Below, piece after piece: positions 32,281 through 44,600 of a stretch of 64,000 nucleotides of DNA. Under the pieces are notes generated by a model. It ran no database searches, was not told the origin of the DNA, and saw nothing but the letters and a program-made list of their open reading frames with translations. The first letter of the stretch is position 1. Each line of letters starts with the position of its first letter. The translations under genes were made by a program, and so were the position numbers. Origin of the DNA: Chrysemys picta bellii (Eukaryota); contig NC_088807.1 in assembly GCF_011386835.1 (NCBI RefSeq), forward strand, positions 18,910,001-18,974,000, written 5' to 3'.

Positions 32281-35200
32281 ATGCTGGTGCTGGTGGTGTT
32301 GGTGCTGCCCCTGCTGGCCCCGGGCGCCGCCCCCTGCCTGCGCTGCTGGCCGGACGCCCCCCGCTACGTCCACTACGACGTGCGGCTGCTGCTGGGGGCA
32401 GCGCAGCCCGGGGGGGCCGCGTGGCTGGAGAGGGAGCTGAGTGCGCTCATCTTGGGGGGGGACCACGGCGTCCACCTCATGGGTGAGGGGTGGGGCATGG
32501 GGCCCCCCACAAACACCCCCCTGGCCCACCTGTCACAGCACCCCCTGCCCTGCCCCCCATGGCGTCCCCCACTGAGACCCCTCCCACCAACTCCCTCCTG
32601 GTGACCCCTGCTGAGCCCCCCGATTCCCCCATAACAGCTTCTGACGAGCCCCCCCCACTCCCTGCTCCCATAGCTCCCCCCTCCCCACAGCCCAGCGCCC
32701 CCTGCTGACCCCCTGCCCCCCTCCCCGCAGCCCAGCGCCCCCTGCTGACCCCCGACCCCCGCCTCCTCCCTGCAGCCCAGCGCCCCCTGCTGAGCCCACA
32801 GCCCCACAGCCCAGCGCCCCCTGCTGACCCCCTGCCCCACCCCCTGCAGCCCAGCACCCCCTGCTGAGCCCCCGACCCTGCTCCCTGCAGCCCAGCGCCC
32901 CCTGCTGAGCCCCCCGCCCCACCCCCTGCAGCCCAGCACCCCCTGCTGAGCCCACAGCCCCACAGCCCACAGCCCAGTGCCCCCTGCTGACTCCCTGCCC
33001 CCCTCCTTGCAGCCCAGCGCCCCCTGCTGACCCCCTGCCCCCCTCCCCGAAACCCAGCGCCCCCTGCTGACCCCCTGCTCCCCTCCCCGCAGCCCAGCGC
33101 CCCCGCTAAGCCCTCGACCCTGCTCCCTGCATCCCAGCGCCCCCTGCTGACCCCCTGACCCCTGCCTCCTCCCTGCAGCCCAGTACCCCCTGCTGACCCC
33201 CTGCCCCCCTCCCCGCAGCCCAGCGCCCCCACTAAGCCCCCGACCTTGCTCCCTGCAGCCCAGCGCCCCCTGCTGACCCCCTGACCCCCGCCTCCTCCCT
33301 GTAGCCCAGCGCCCCCTGCTGAGCCCCCCCACCCCACCCCCTACAGCCCAGCGCCCCCTGCTGAGCCCACAGCCCCGCGCCCCCTGCTGATTCCCTGCCC
33401 CCCTCCTTGCAGCCCAGCGCCCCCTGCCAAGCCCCTGCCCCGCTCCCCGCAGCACAGCACCTCCTTGAGTCAGGACGAGGGGCATGGTGGGTGCTGCAGG
33501 CGCTGACGGGCAGCAAACCTCACCTCTGTCCGTCTGTCCGGCCGCAGAACGGGAGCGCCTGGAGCGAGAAGCCGGGAAGCTCTTCTATCGCCTGGACCAG
33601 ATCATCAACCGCAACCGGCAGGGTGAGCGCCAGGGGCCCAGCCCCAACTCCGCCTGCCCTGTCTGCCCCGCGCGGAGGGAGCAGCAAACCCCATGATGGA
33701 TCAGGGCTTGCCTTTCCCTCCCAGAGCCAGGGAGAGGACCCAGGAGTCCGGGCTACCAGCCCCCCCACCCTGCTCCCGTAACTAAGGGATGACAAGAAGT
33801 TGGGACTTTTTCCCCTTTTGACCTGAGCCATTAGCCGAAATTCACGGTCTTGTGGCCCGTTGCCAATCAGAGGAGAAATCGAGCCCTAGATTCTAAGGCC
33901 AGTGGGGATGGTCTGATCGTCTGGCCGGACCCGTCCCCCCCGCTAGCACAGGCCAGCACCCTGCCCCCAACCCCCTCACGCTGAGCCCAGCGGCCTGGGT
34001 TAGACCGAACCGGGGCTGGAGGTGCAGCCAGGTACCTTTGGGACGATCCCCTTTTGTCAGTCGCATCCTGGCCCCCTTGCAACTCGAGCACCAGCCGGGG
34101 AGGGAGAAGGGCCCTTGGCCCCCGAACACCGCAGGAGACGGGCCCTTTGCTCACAATCCCGCGCCTCCTCCCACGCAGCCCCGTGCCCAAAAGCTCTCCC
34201 GGGCGGTTTGTTCTCTCATGCGCCGGGGTTTCCATCGGGGTCTTCATCGCCATCTTCGCCCACGTCTCTCTCCCCCTCCCCTAATGTATGACCCTGTCCA
34301 GCCCCGGCAGTGGCCACGGGGCAGACCCCACCGTTGGGACGGGGTGGGGATGTTCCCATCGCTGGAGGGATTCCACCTCCCTGTGGGACATCGCCGGACG
34401 CCGTCTCCTACCCGCGTCTACCCCAGGGGCTAGGTTGGCCCAGCCCCGGCACACACAGGGGGTGGGGGGAGCGACATCACCTTGAGTTTTAACCATGGCC
34501 CGTGCTCCAGTGGCCTCGTATGGGCGGGTCAGCTCCGGGCCGAGCACGGCGCTTCCTTCCCAGCTGTGCGCGGGGGCCGGGCATGGCCCAAATAAGGCGT
34601 GCGACACCCAGCGCCCTCCACCCCCAACTCCTCCCCTGCCCCGCTCCCCACAGCCAACGCCCCTCCCCCACTTCTGCCCCGCAGATCCAGTGCGCCTGAT
34701 GAAAGAGGCAGCGCTTGAAAAGCAGAACTTCACCCAGCGCCTGAGAGCAGCATCGGCAGCCGTCCGGCAGCAAGGTACCCGCCATGCCCGCCTGCTGCCC
34801 GAGCTGGTGCCCCTCACTCCCGACCCGCAGCCCCTGCCAGCCCAGCCCTGGGCTCCCCCAGCTCTGCCAGTGCCCCTCACTCCCGATCTGCAGCCCCTGC
34901 TAGCCCAGCCCTGGAATCTGCCCCCCCAGTCTCTGCCGGTGCCCCTCACTCCCGACCCGCAGCCCCTGCTAGCCCAGCCCTGCCCCCCCCAGCTCTGCCG
35001 GTGCCCCTCACTCCCGATCTGCAGCCCCTGCTAGCCCAGCCCTGGAATCTGCCCCCCCAATCTCTGCCGGTGCCCCTCATTCCCAACCCGCAGCCCCTGC
35101 CAGCCCAGCCCTGGGCTTCCCCAGCTCTGCCAATGCCCCTCACTCCTGACTTGCAGCCCCTGCCAGCCCAACCCTGCCACCCCCCAGCTCTGCCGGTGCC

Positions 35201-36936
35201 CCTCACTCCCAACCCGCAGCCCCTGCTAGCCCAGCCCTGCCCCCCCCAGCTCTGCCGGTGCCCCTCACTCCCAACCCACAGTTAGCCCAGCCCCGGGCTC
35301 TGCCCCTGCACCCAGCTCTGCCAGTGCCCCTCACTCCTGGGTTCTCTTCCCACTCTGGGGGGGGCAGGGAGCCCGGATTCCTGGGTTCCATCCTGGCTGG
35401 GGGGGGCAGAAGGCTTGCGGGGAGCTGGATTAGGGGCCGGGGCCGTTCTGCCTGCGCTGATCCGTGTCTCTCTCCCCACAGTGTGCAGCGCGTCCTGTGG
35501 TGAGTCCGTCTGTCCATCCGGCTGCCTCCCGGGGGGTGGGGGGCTGCAGCCCCCGCAACACGAACCTACCGCTCGCGCCCTGGGCCGGCCCCCAAGTGGG
35601 GCCGTATCCACCCCCGCAACGCTGCCCCCTGGGGAGGGGCCCCCAGGAATGTGCGGGGCTGGGACGGCTCCCCTGGGGGTGTTTCTCTAATGGGGTCCCC
35701 CCCAACAGGCCGGTCCGAGCCCTTCGATTTGTCCGAGTGCGACAGCTGTGAACGCCTCCAAGCTCGATGCAGGGACCAGAGGGTCTGCGCAGGTAACCCC
35801 TGACACCCCCCAAGCCCCAACACTCCTCCACACCCCCGAACTCCAACACCCCCAGCCACCGAACCCCGACACCCCCAGCCCCCCAAACTCTGACACCCCT
35901 CCACCCCCCTGCACCCCCCATTGGCCACCAAACCCCTCACAGCAGCTCCCCCGAATCCCAGCATCCTCCACAGCCCCCTGAACTCCCCCAACCCTTTTTC
36001 CAGTCTTCCCCCCACCCCCCATTCACCCTCTAGTACCCCCCATGGCCTCTTCTAGTTCCATCTCCCTCCAGCCCCCAAACCTCAGCACCCCCCTGAACTC
36101 TCCCCATCACCCTCCCAAACCATTCATCCCCCTCCACGACCCCCCAACCCACAGCCCCCTTCCCGCCCCACACCCAGCCCAGCCCCCTAACTTCTGCCCC
36201 CTCTCTCCCCCCAGGCGCTGCCGTGATCCTGGCTGTGGGGCTGACCCTGGGGGGGCTGGTGCTGGGAGCCGCAGTGGGGTGAGTGGGGATCAGACAGAGG
36301 CGGGCGGCAGAGAGGGAAGTGGGACCCAGGCGTCCTTGAGAAGAGAATGGAGATGGGCCCCGATCCAACTCTAGGGCTGGGGGCTGGCTGGGAGGGAGAG
36401 GGATGGGGAATGCGGCCACTCCCATCTAGGGGGCACTGGTTCCGGTCTGGAGCGGTGGGGCCTGGCTGGCTGCGGGAGTGGGATGGAGCCACTCCTCTAG
36501 GGGGCACTGGCTCTGGGCAGGGGCGGAGGGGGCGTGGGGTTGACTGGGAGGCACCAGCCTGAGACCCCGGCCCGGGGACAGGGCCTTCCTTTGTTATAGG
36601 CGGCGAGCAAGGCCGGCGGCAGGCAGGACGGAGCCCCCCGCGGACCTGGGGAATGGGGCCCCCGCGGAGCAAGGGGCCGGGGCCCCCACGGAGCTGGGGA
36701 ATGGGGCTCCCGCGGAGCAAGGGGCCGGGGCCCCCCACGGAGCTGGGGAATGGGGCCCCCGCGGAGCAAGGGGCCGGGACCCCCACAGACATGGGGAATG
36801 GGGCCCCTGCAGAGCAAGGGGCCGGGACCCCCACAGACATGGGGAATGGGGCCCCCGCGGAGCAAGGGGCCGGGACCGTGACTCATTAAATGTTGGTGTC
36901 TTTTCCCATCCCGGCTTTTCTGGAGAATGTGACTGA
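32281..36936 (+). CDS. Unassigned IZUMO-family single-pass membrane protein (signal peptide, 8-Cys Izumo domain, no Ig domain, TM, repeat-rich cytoplasmic tail)
   Basis: Exons 32281-32482, 33548-33622, 34685-34774, 35482-35499, 35709-35792, 36215-36278, 36600-stop, all GT-AG. Cys pattern CLRC / CSASC / CDSC / C / C; sizes and phases match IZUMO2/3. Stop is 36936 as assembled, or 36889 if one C in the C6 run at 36731-36736 is removed. Confidence 0.85.
32680..33430. repeat. CAGCCCAGCGCCCCCTGCTGA VNTR in intron 1 of the IZUMO paralogue
   Basis: Many degenerate units. Confidence 0.9.
34805..35340. repeat. GTGCCCCTCACTCCCGACCCGCAGCCCCTGCTAGCCCAGCCCTG tandem repeat (dispersed family)
   Basis: About 8 units; the same family appears at ~29960-30200, ~14090-14190, ~12480-12560. 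Confidence 0.85.
36643..36880 (+). repeat. Coding 48-bp repeat x5 ((D/E)(L/M)GNGAPAEQGAG(A/T)PT) in the last exon of the IZUMO paralogue
   Basis: Five units visible; the second is 49 bp. Confidence 0.85.
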
Positions 36937-36959
36937 ACTGCTCCCCCAACCAAAATCCC

Positions 36960-37340
36960 CAGGTGACGGGCCCCTCTACCCCGGAATCCCGTCTCCCCCA
37001 GCCCCACGGGCCCCTCTACCCCGCCTCCCTCCAGCCCCACGGGCCGCTGTATCCCGGTATCCCACCTCCCCTGGCCCCCTGTACCCTGCCTCCCCCAGCC
37101 CCACGGGCCCCTCTACCCTGGTATCTCGCCTCCCCACGGGCTCCTCTACCCTGGTACCCTGCCTCCCCACGGGCCCCTCTCCCCTGGTATCCAGCGTCCC
37201 TATACCCCAGTATCCCACCTCCCCCAGCATCTCACCCTCCCCCAGCCCCACAACCCGACGGGCCCTTCTACCTCGGTATCCCACCTCCCTCAGCCCCACG
37301 GGTCCCTCTCCCCTGGTATCCTGCCTCCCACAACCCCATG
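36960..37340. repeat. CCCCACGGGCCCCTCTACCC degenerate VNTR between the paralogue and the EPN1 3' end
   Basis: Repeated motif. Confidence 0.75.
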
Positions 37341-38629
37341 GGCCCCTCTACCCCAGTATCCCGCTCCCCTTGATATCACACCCCTGCTGGCAAACACCCT
37401 CCCTGACTGCAGGGCTCACCCTGAAACCCAGCCATTACATAAGATTAATTAAGACCCTCCCCCAGCTGACCCCCCCAGCCTCTCCCTCCCCCACATACTC
37501 ATATCTCATGCCCCCCCCCCCCCCGAGCAGCCGCCCACAGACGCCCCATTGGTGCCTTAGAAGAATCTCACTTTATTATTAATTCATTTTAGCACATTCT
37601 GCATACACGGGGGGGGGGGGGGGGGGGGGGACACAAACGGGGGGGCAGAAATCAGATGGGGGACCCCTCCCCCCAGCAGAGGGTCAGGCTTAAGGATCAG
37701 CCCCCACCCCACTGCAGTTGATTGGTGAAGGGGGTGGGGGGCACAACTAGGAGAATTCATACACAGGTTGTGATTGGGGGGAAATCGGGGGGGCATTATG
37801 GGACCCTCCCCTCCAGTGGGGGGTTGAGTCTGTGGGGTGGGGAGCCAGGTTCACGACATCACAGCCACTCACGCGAGCCCCCTGCCCCCCCGGAGGGCAG
37901 GGATCATGCTGCGGGGGGGGGGGGGGGGGGGAAATCAGGGATTACGACCACACGGCCAGCAGGGGGTGCTGTCGATGCGGCACATCCTGGGCAGGGACAG
38001 GGGGGCATGTGCGGCTCAGAACTGCCCCCCCCACACACTTCAGTCCACAGGCCGGCAGCAGAGCCCCGGCGGGGTCCAGTCCTAGGTTTATCCTACTGCC
38101 GGCCTGGCTGGCCCTGCTCCGTGAGCTTTTTTGGGGGGTGGGGGGGTGATTAAGGCAGCCCCCCCCCGACTGCAAATCCCTCAGGGGGGGGGTGTCCAGT
38201 GGCCCCGCCCAGGTGGCTCCAAAGGAGATGCTGGCGTGGGGGAGGTGTCATGGCAGCCATCACTGCCTCCCCCCAGCAGCAGGGCCCCCGCATGTCCCGG
38301 GGGGGGGGGGGGGGCAGCTATAACTTAAAGGTGCAGGAGCACCCCCCACTTCCGAGAGATGGGGCAGGACTTGGAGGGGAGCTTAGGGTGAGGCATGGCC
38401 TCAATGGGGGTGGAGCTATGCAGGGAGAGGGGTTTAACACTGCCCCCACTTATGAATTCTCAGGTAACGGGGGGGTACTGCCCATGAAGGGGAGAATCTG
38501 ATGCCACACCCAGCAGCCCCTCCCACCTGCCCCCCCCATGGCATGGGCTGCCCCAGGGCTCCCTTCCCCCTCCCCCCAGCAGCCCCTTTGGGGGCTCCCC
38601 TCATGCCCCCCACCCCCGGGCCAGCCCCC

Positions 38630-41600
38630 TTATAGCAGGAAGGGGTTTGTGTTGCCCATGGACTGGACAGAGGCGCTGGTGGGTACGACAGGCTGGGGGG
38701 GCATCATGGGGGGCATGGCCATGGGGGACAGGCCAGGGGGCGGGACCCCAACCATGGGGGAGACAGAGGCCAGGGGCACGACTGGCCCCAGGGGGGTGAC
38801 TGAGACCATGGGGGGGGCGAAGGGGGCAGCGGGGGGGCACAGCCCCATGACGGGGCTGACGCGGAGCTGGTTGAGGGTCAGCGAGGCAGGCTGGGCCGGC
38901 TGGAATGGGTTGGTGGCCGAGGCACCGGCGGCTGCTCCCGGTGCCGACACCACGGGCGCGGGCGCCGTCCCTGGAACGGAGGGGAGAAGGGTGAGAGACC
39001 AGCCACACACCAGGAGAGAACCCAGGAGTCCCCCCCAACTGCTAGACCCCACCCCCCTCCCAGAGCCGGGAGAGAAACCAGGTGTCCTGGCTCCCAGCGC
39101 CCCCCGGCCAACACTAGACCCCACCCCCGTCCCAGAGCAGAAGAACCCAGGCGTCCGGCCGGGCGCTCACCTGTGGCCAGGAAGGGGTTGGAGGTCTTGA
39201 TGGTGGGGGGCGCGTGGGGTTTGCTGAGCAGCGAGTCCAGGTCCACCAGGGCGGCGTTGGGGCCCAGGAAGGACTCGGGGGTCTTGCGGGTGGGTTTGGA
39301 GGCCTCGGCCAGCGAGCCCCCGACAGCCGCCATGTCGAAGGTGCTGGGGCTCCGGGCGCCGGCCGAGCGCGACACCGGCACCTCCCCGGCCAGCAGGTCC
39401 AGCTCCCCTGGGGGGCAAGGACGGAGGGGCTCAGACACCCGCCCAGCCCAATCGCCGCAAGCCCAATCGCTGGGGAAAATACTGACTGGTCCCAGCGGGA
39501 CCCACTGCAGACACCTTCCTGGTCAGGCAGTGACCCACTGATAACCCCATAACCCAACCTCCGGACAAGGGGTTAAACCCACCCCCCCATCCCCCAAGCA
39601 CCAGCTCCCATCCGGCCCCAGGGCAGGGACTGGCTGGCTCAGGGGGGCAGGGAATGGGGCACAGGCTCCCATCAGGGAGAATGTATTCAGTGCCCCCCGC
39701 CCCCAATTTCCCAGCAGCCCGGCACACCCTCAGGGCAGTGAAGTACAAACGGGGGAGGGAAGGCAATGGGGGGAGGGGGAGGCAGTCGGGGGCCCCCCAA
39801 GCCCACCTGTGCTACTCCCTGACTTGGGCAGCGCCGGGCGTAGGCTGTCGAAATCCAAGAACTCGTCCGGCTCAAAGGCGCCACCGGCTGGAGGGGGGGG
39901 GGGAAGAGGTGAGTTACGGGGAGCGAGGGGGAGTCCACACATGGGAGAGAACCCAGGCGTCCTGGCTCCCAGCCCCCCACCGCTCTATTCACTGGACCCC
40001 ACTCCCCTCCCAGAGCAGGAGAGAGAACCCAGGTGTCCTGAGTCCCAGCGCCCCCCTGCTCTGACCAGTAGCCCCCAGTCCCAACCCAGAGGCAAGGAGA
40101 GAACCCAGGCGTCTACCTGTGGTGCCGTTGGTGCTGGCTCTCGAAGGTGACCCTCCCCAGCGGTCGGGGAAGGTCTGCGCGGGGGCCCAGGGGTCGGCCG
40201 CGGGTTTCCCCTGGGGGGCTGCGGCTGGGCCTGACGACCACGGGTCACCGGCGGGGGCCGCTCCGCTCACTGCAACGCCCCCAGCTGGAGGAGAGAAGAG
40301 CAGTTAGCAGCCGGGGCCAGTGGCTCCAGTACCCTCCCCCCCCATACACCCACAATGCACTGCAGGCCGTGGGGCAGGGTGTCAGCAGGGGGCTCTCCCC
40401 TGGCAGGCAGTGCTGGCCCCAATGCCCCGAGGTGGCGCTAGGCTGCAGGGGGCTCGGCAGGGAGTGCCTGACTGCGAGGAGTGGGGCGGGGGGCTCAGCA
40501 GGGGGTTCTGTGCTGTGGGGAGCGGGGGTGTGGGCACTCTCCCCAGCCCACAGTGCTGGCCCCGATGCCCTGTGATGGAGCTATGGGGCACAGTGCTGCA
40601 GGGAGCTCAGCAGGGAGCGCCGGGGGGCTCGGCGGGGGGCACTCTCCCCAGCAGGCAGGGTTGTTTGACCACCTCTGCTCCAGGACTGGCACGGACTATC
40701 CCCAGGGACGGGCCGAGGAGCGTCACGGGCACAGCTCAGAATCCCCCCGCAACACACAACCTCCTGCTTCCAGCCCACCCGCCTCCGGGATCTGGAGGGG
40801 ACTTGGCCTGGGGGTCACCATCTCCTCGCTGTGGGGCCCTTGGGGCTGATCCTAGCCAGGGGGCTGCTTCCCCAGCACTGCGGCCCTATGGGGAGAGCCA
40901 GGATTCAGCCGACCTGGGTTCTGTTTCTGGCCCTGCCATGGCCTCCCTCTGTGCCTCAGTTTCCCCATCAGGGACGCGGATACCACCCTGCTGTGGCAAG
41001 AGCTTTGATAGCTCCCCTCACGCTCCATTGTGTTCAGTGGGGGACACAGATTTGCCCCCCCTTGCACAGGGATGGGGCCACCGAACTCCCCCCACCCCCA
41101 CGCACTGGGACCCAGCATTTTTTAGTGACAAAGGCAGGAGGGGGCCAGAGGGGCCGGCGCCCAGGAACTGGAGTGATGCGCACGATGCAGAGACGTACCA
41201 GGGAGTGGGGAAGGGCCCGTCCCCTCAGGGTTCCAGGGGTCGGAGCTGGCGACGGCCGGGGGCCCCCCCCAGGGGTCTCCCGGGGCCGTGACAGAGGCGG
41301 ATGCCCCCCATGGGTCACCAGTGGAAGCCACGCCCCCAGGAGTCCCTCCCCAGGGGTCAGGGGCAGGCGGCCCCGCGGGAGCGGGCACAGAGGCACCCCA
41401 TGGGTCGGTGGGGGCGGGGGGACCCCATGGGTCCCCAGCAGCAGGGGGGGCCGGCGAGGTGAAGACATCGGCCAGGTCCATCAGCGACGACTGCGGGGGA
41501 GAAACGTGGTGAGACAGGGCAGCTGGTCACCCCAGATACACCCCGACACCTAGGCTCCGCCCCCAAATCTAGGCCTAGACCCCGCCCCCTGCCACAGATC

Positions 41601-44600
41601 CCGCCCCCAAGTCAGATCCCAAATACCTAGATCAGGGGTGGGCAAACTTTTTGGCCCGAGGGCCACATCTGGGTATGGAAATTGTATGGCAGGCCTTGAA
41701 TGCTCATGAAATTGGGAGTTGGGGTGCGGGATGGGGTGCAGGCTCTTGGGTGGGGGTGCAGGAGGGTGCTCCAGGCTGGGACTGAAGGGTTCGAAGAGCA
41801 GGAAGGGGATCAGGACTGGGGCAGGGGCACGGGAGGGGCTCAGGGGTGCAGGCTTTGGCCGGCGCTTACCTGAACCAACCCCCGGAAGCAGCGGCACGTC
41901 CCCCCCTCCGTCTCCTATGCAGAGGCGCGGCCAAGCGACTCTGCGCCCTGCCCGGTCTGCAGGCACCGCCCCTGCAGCTCCCATTGGCAGTGGTTCCCAG
42001 CCAATGGGAGCTGCAGGGGCGGCGCTTGGGGCGGGGGCACCATATGGAGCCCCTTGGCTGCCCCTACGCATAGGAGCTGGAGGGGTGACGTGCAGAGCCC
42101 CCGACCCTGCTCCCCGGCGAGAGCTCGAGGGCCGGATGCGCCCCCGGACCGTAGTTTGCCCACCCCTGAGCTCGACATCAGCCCAGGCTCTGTCCCTGAA
42201 TCTGGGCCCCCTGCTAGCCCCCAGCCCCTGCAAGAGGCTCCGCCCCCAATCAGACCTCACCCTCAAGTCAGAGCCCCCTGCTAAACCCCACCCCGTCTCC
42301 ACCCCCAACTCAGACCCCCGAACCCAAGCTGGGCCCCGCCCCAGCCAGGTAGACCCTGCTCCCTGCCCCGGGCTCCACTCCCATGTCAGCCCCTCCCCCT
42401 AGTTAGCCCCAGAGGGAGGGGTTACCTCCTCGCCCTTGGCCGGCACCGCCTCCTTCTTGCTCTCCTCGATGGCCATCTGTAGGCGCAGGTCGTCCCCGCG
42501 CCGGATCCGCTCCTCCTGGGGGGAGGCAAGGGAAATGGGGGGGTGTCAGCAGGGAGGGGCGGCCCAGCCCCAATCGGGGGGCGGGGGAGGGGAGCTGGAG
42601 TACTCACCTACGGCTGGCCTGGCAGCGTTCCCGGCCGGGGCTCCTTATAGCCAGGGAGGTCGCTGCCTGCCCCCAGCCCGACTCTATCCCATAATTCCCT
42701 GGCAACGCAGAGCGGGCTGTGGCATCGCTACTGACTGGCATCTACAGCGTTAACAGATCAAGTCCCGTCCAGAGCCAGGGACTGAACCCAGGAGTCCTGG
42801 CTCCCAGCTCCACCCTCTCCCCACCATATCCCACTCCCCGCCCAGAGCCAGGGAGAGAACCCAGGAGTCCTGGCTCCCAGCCCCCTCAGACCCCGCTCCT
42901 CTCCCAGAGCTGAGGACAGAACCCAGGCGTCCTGGCTCTGCATGGCTGTTACTGGCGCAGCGGGTTTCGCTCGCGGTGGGCAGCGTTACGCGGCTGGTCC
43001 GGTATAAGCCGTATCCCTGCCCGAGAAGAGCCGGCAGCAGGACAGGGCGAAGGGAAGTGGGGGAATGTGACCCCCAGCTCCCACAATTCCCTGAGGGCAC
43101 CAGGATCCCACCACACGTTGTGGAAATGTGCCAGAGGGCAGGCACAGGGACGTTTACGCGCGGGGCACCCGGTGTGTGCCGGGGCGGGGGGAGCTGGCAA
43201 AGGCAGCCCGTGCTCTAGCGCCCGGCACAAACGCAACCGGCCAAACCGCCCGGCGCAGACACCGGCCGGGGCAACGCCACTTTTGGAGGAGATTTGCCGG
43301 CTCAGCAACTCCCCAATCTCCAGGGAGTGCCCCCAGCAAGGCAGTTCTCGGACCAGGGGACCGGGTTTTCTCTGCTGGCCAAAGGACTCTGTGGGTAGAA
43401 ACTCCACCGGGGGTGGTTCCCGGCACGGCCAGGGGACCGGTGGCCACAACCACAGGGCTTTGCCGGTACGGCTACAGCAGCAAAGCCCGAGCCGCCCCCT
43501 ATGGGCCCTGGGGGGCAGGGAACAGCACAGCGCCCTGGCCACGCCCCTGATCTGCACCCTGTGCAGCCGGCCCATGCCCCTACTCCACTCGCTATGGGCT
43601 CTGCGGCCTGCCCCACATAGCGCTGCTCCCTGGGGACTAGAGGGGGCTAGGCAGGGGATGGGGTTTAACCTGGATCCACTGGGGGGGGCGGGTCCTCGAT
43701 TCTCTCCCCTCAGCTGCAGTCGGAGACACGGCCCCCATCCCTCATCCATGCCCTACAGAGACTGTATAAAAACAGCCCCCCACTGAGGTCTCGACTCCTG
43801 AGCCTGCAGCAGCCCCTCCCCCCCGACCTGGTGCAGTCCCGATCCCCCCAGGCATGCCCCCCCCCAGCTCCCCTCAATTTTTCAGCTCTGCCCCACCCCC
43901 CAGAAACCAGGTACAAACGCCCTCCCTGCCATGCCAGCGGCAGCCCCCGCCCCTCCCAACTCCAGACACACCAAATGAAACACGGAGCCCTGACGAGATC
44001 CCCATATCAGCACTGGCCCCCGCCCCGAATCAGGGACCCCGAGGTGGCAATTAACCAGAGCGAAAGCTGGGTGGTGGAGGAAGGACAGACAGATTAGCGC
44101 TGGGTGTGAATCAGAGTGAGGATTAATGGGGGGAGGGGGGTTAGAGCACAGCGGCCGCGGAGAGACCCAAACGACCCAGAGAGACCCGGCCAGAACCTTT
44201 CAGAACCTTCCGCTGCCTCCGTTCGGGGGGGGGACGGGATCTGGGTGCGACCGGGGGGGTCCTGGCATCGTGCCCCGGAATTAAACAAGGTGCAGAGAAG
44301 CGACGAGGGGCCCTGGGGGAGCCCGAGCGGCCCCCCGAAGAGGCCAGGCATCAGGGACATTTCAAACTAGAAGGGAGAGTGGGGGTCGAGTTTGGGAGAA
44401 GGGGCTGGGTAGGTCCATTTGGCAACACTGCCTGGTAGGCCAGCCAGCACCCAGGGGGAGAACCCAGGAGTCCTGGCTCTGACCCCCCCTGCTCTGACCA
44501 CTAGATCCCACTCCCCTTCCAGAGCCGGGGAGAGAACCCAGGAGTCCTGGCTCCCAGCCCCCCTGCTCTGACCACTAGACTCCACTCTCCACCCAGAGGC

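Noticed and set aside
32373-33485. 370-aa and 286-aa Gly-rich ORFs
   Set aside because: Intronic VNTR translations.
32281-36936. Naming the third gene IZUMO1, IZUMO4, SPACA6 or TMEM95
   Set aside because: No Ig exon, TM present, and the Cys pattern lacks the extra pairs; symbol left blank.
30500-37500. miR-99b/let-7e/miR-125a cluster that accompanies SPACA6 in mammals
   Set aside because: No mature sequences found by eye; TCCCTGAGACCC-like hits elsewhere are VNTR units.
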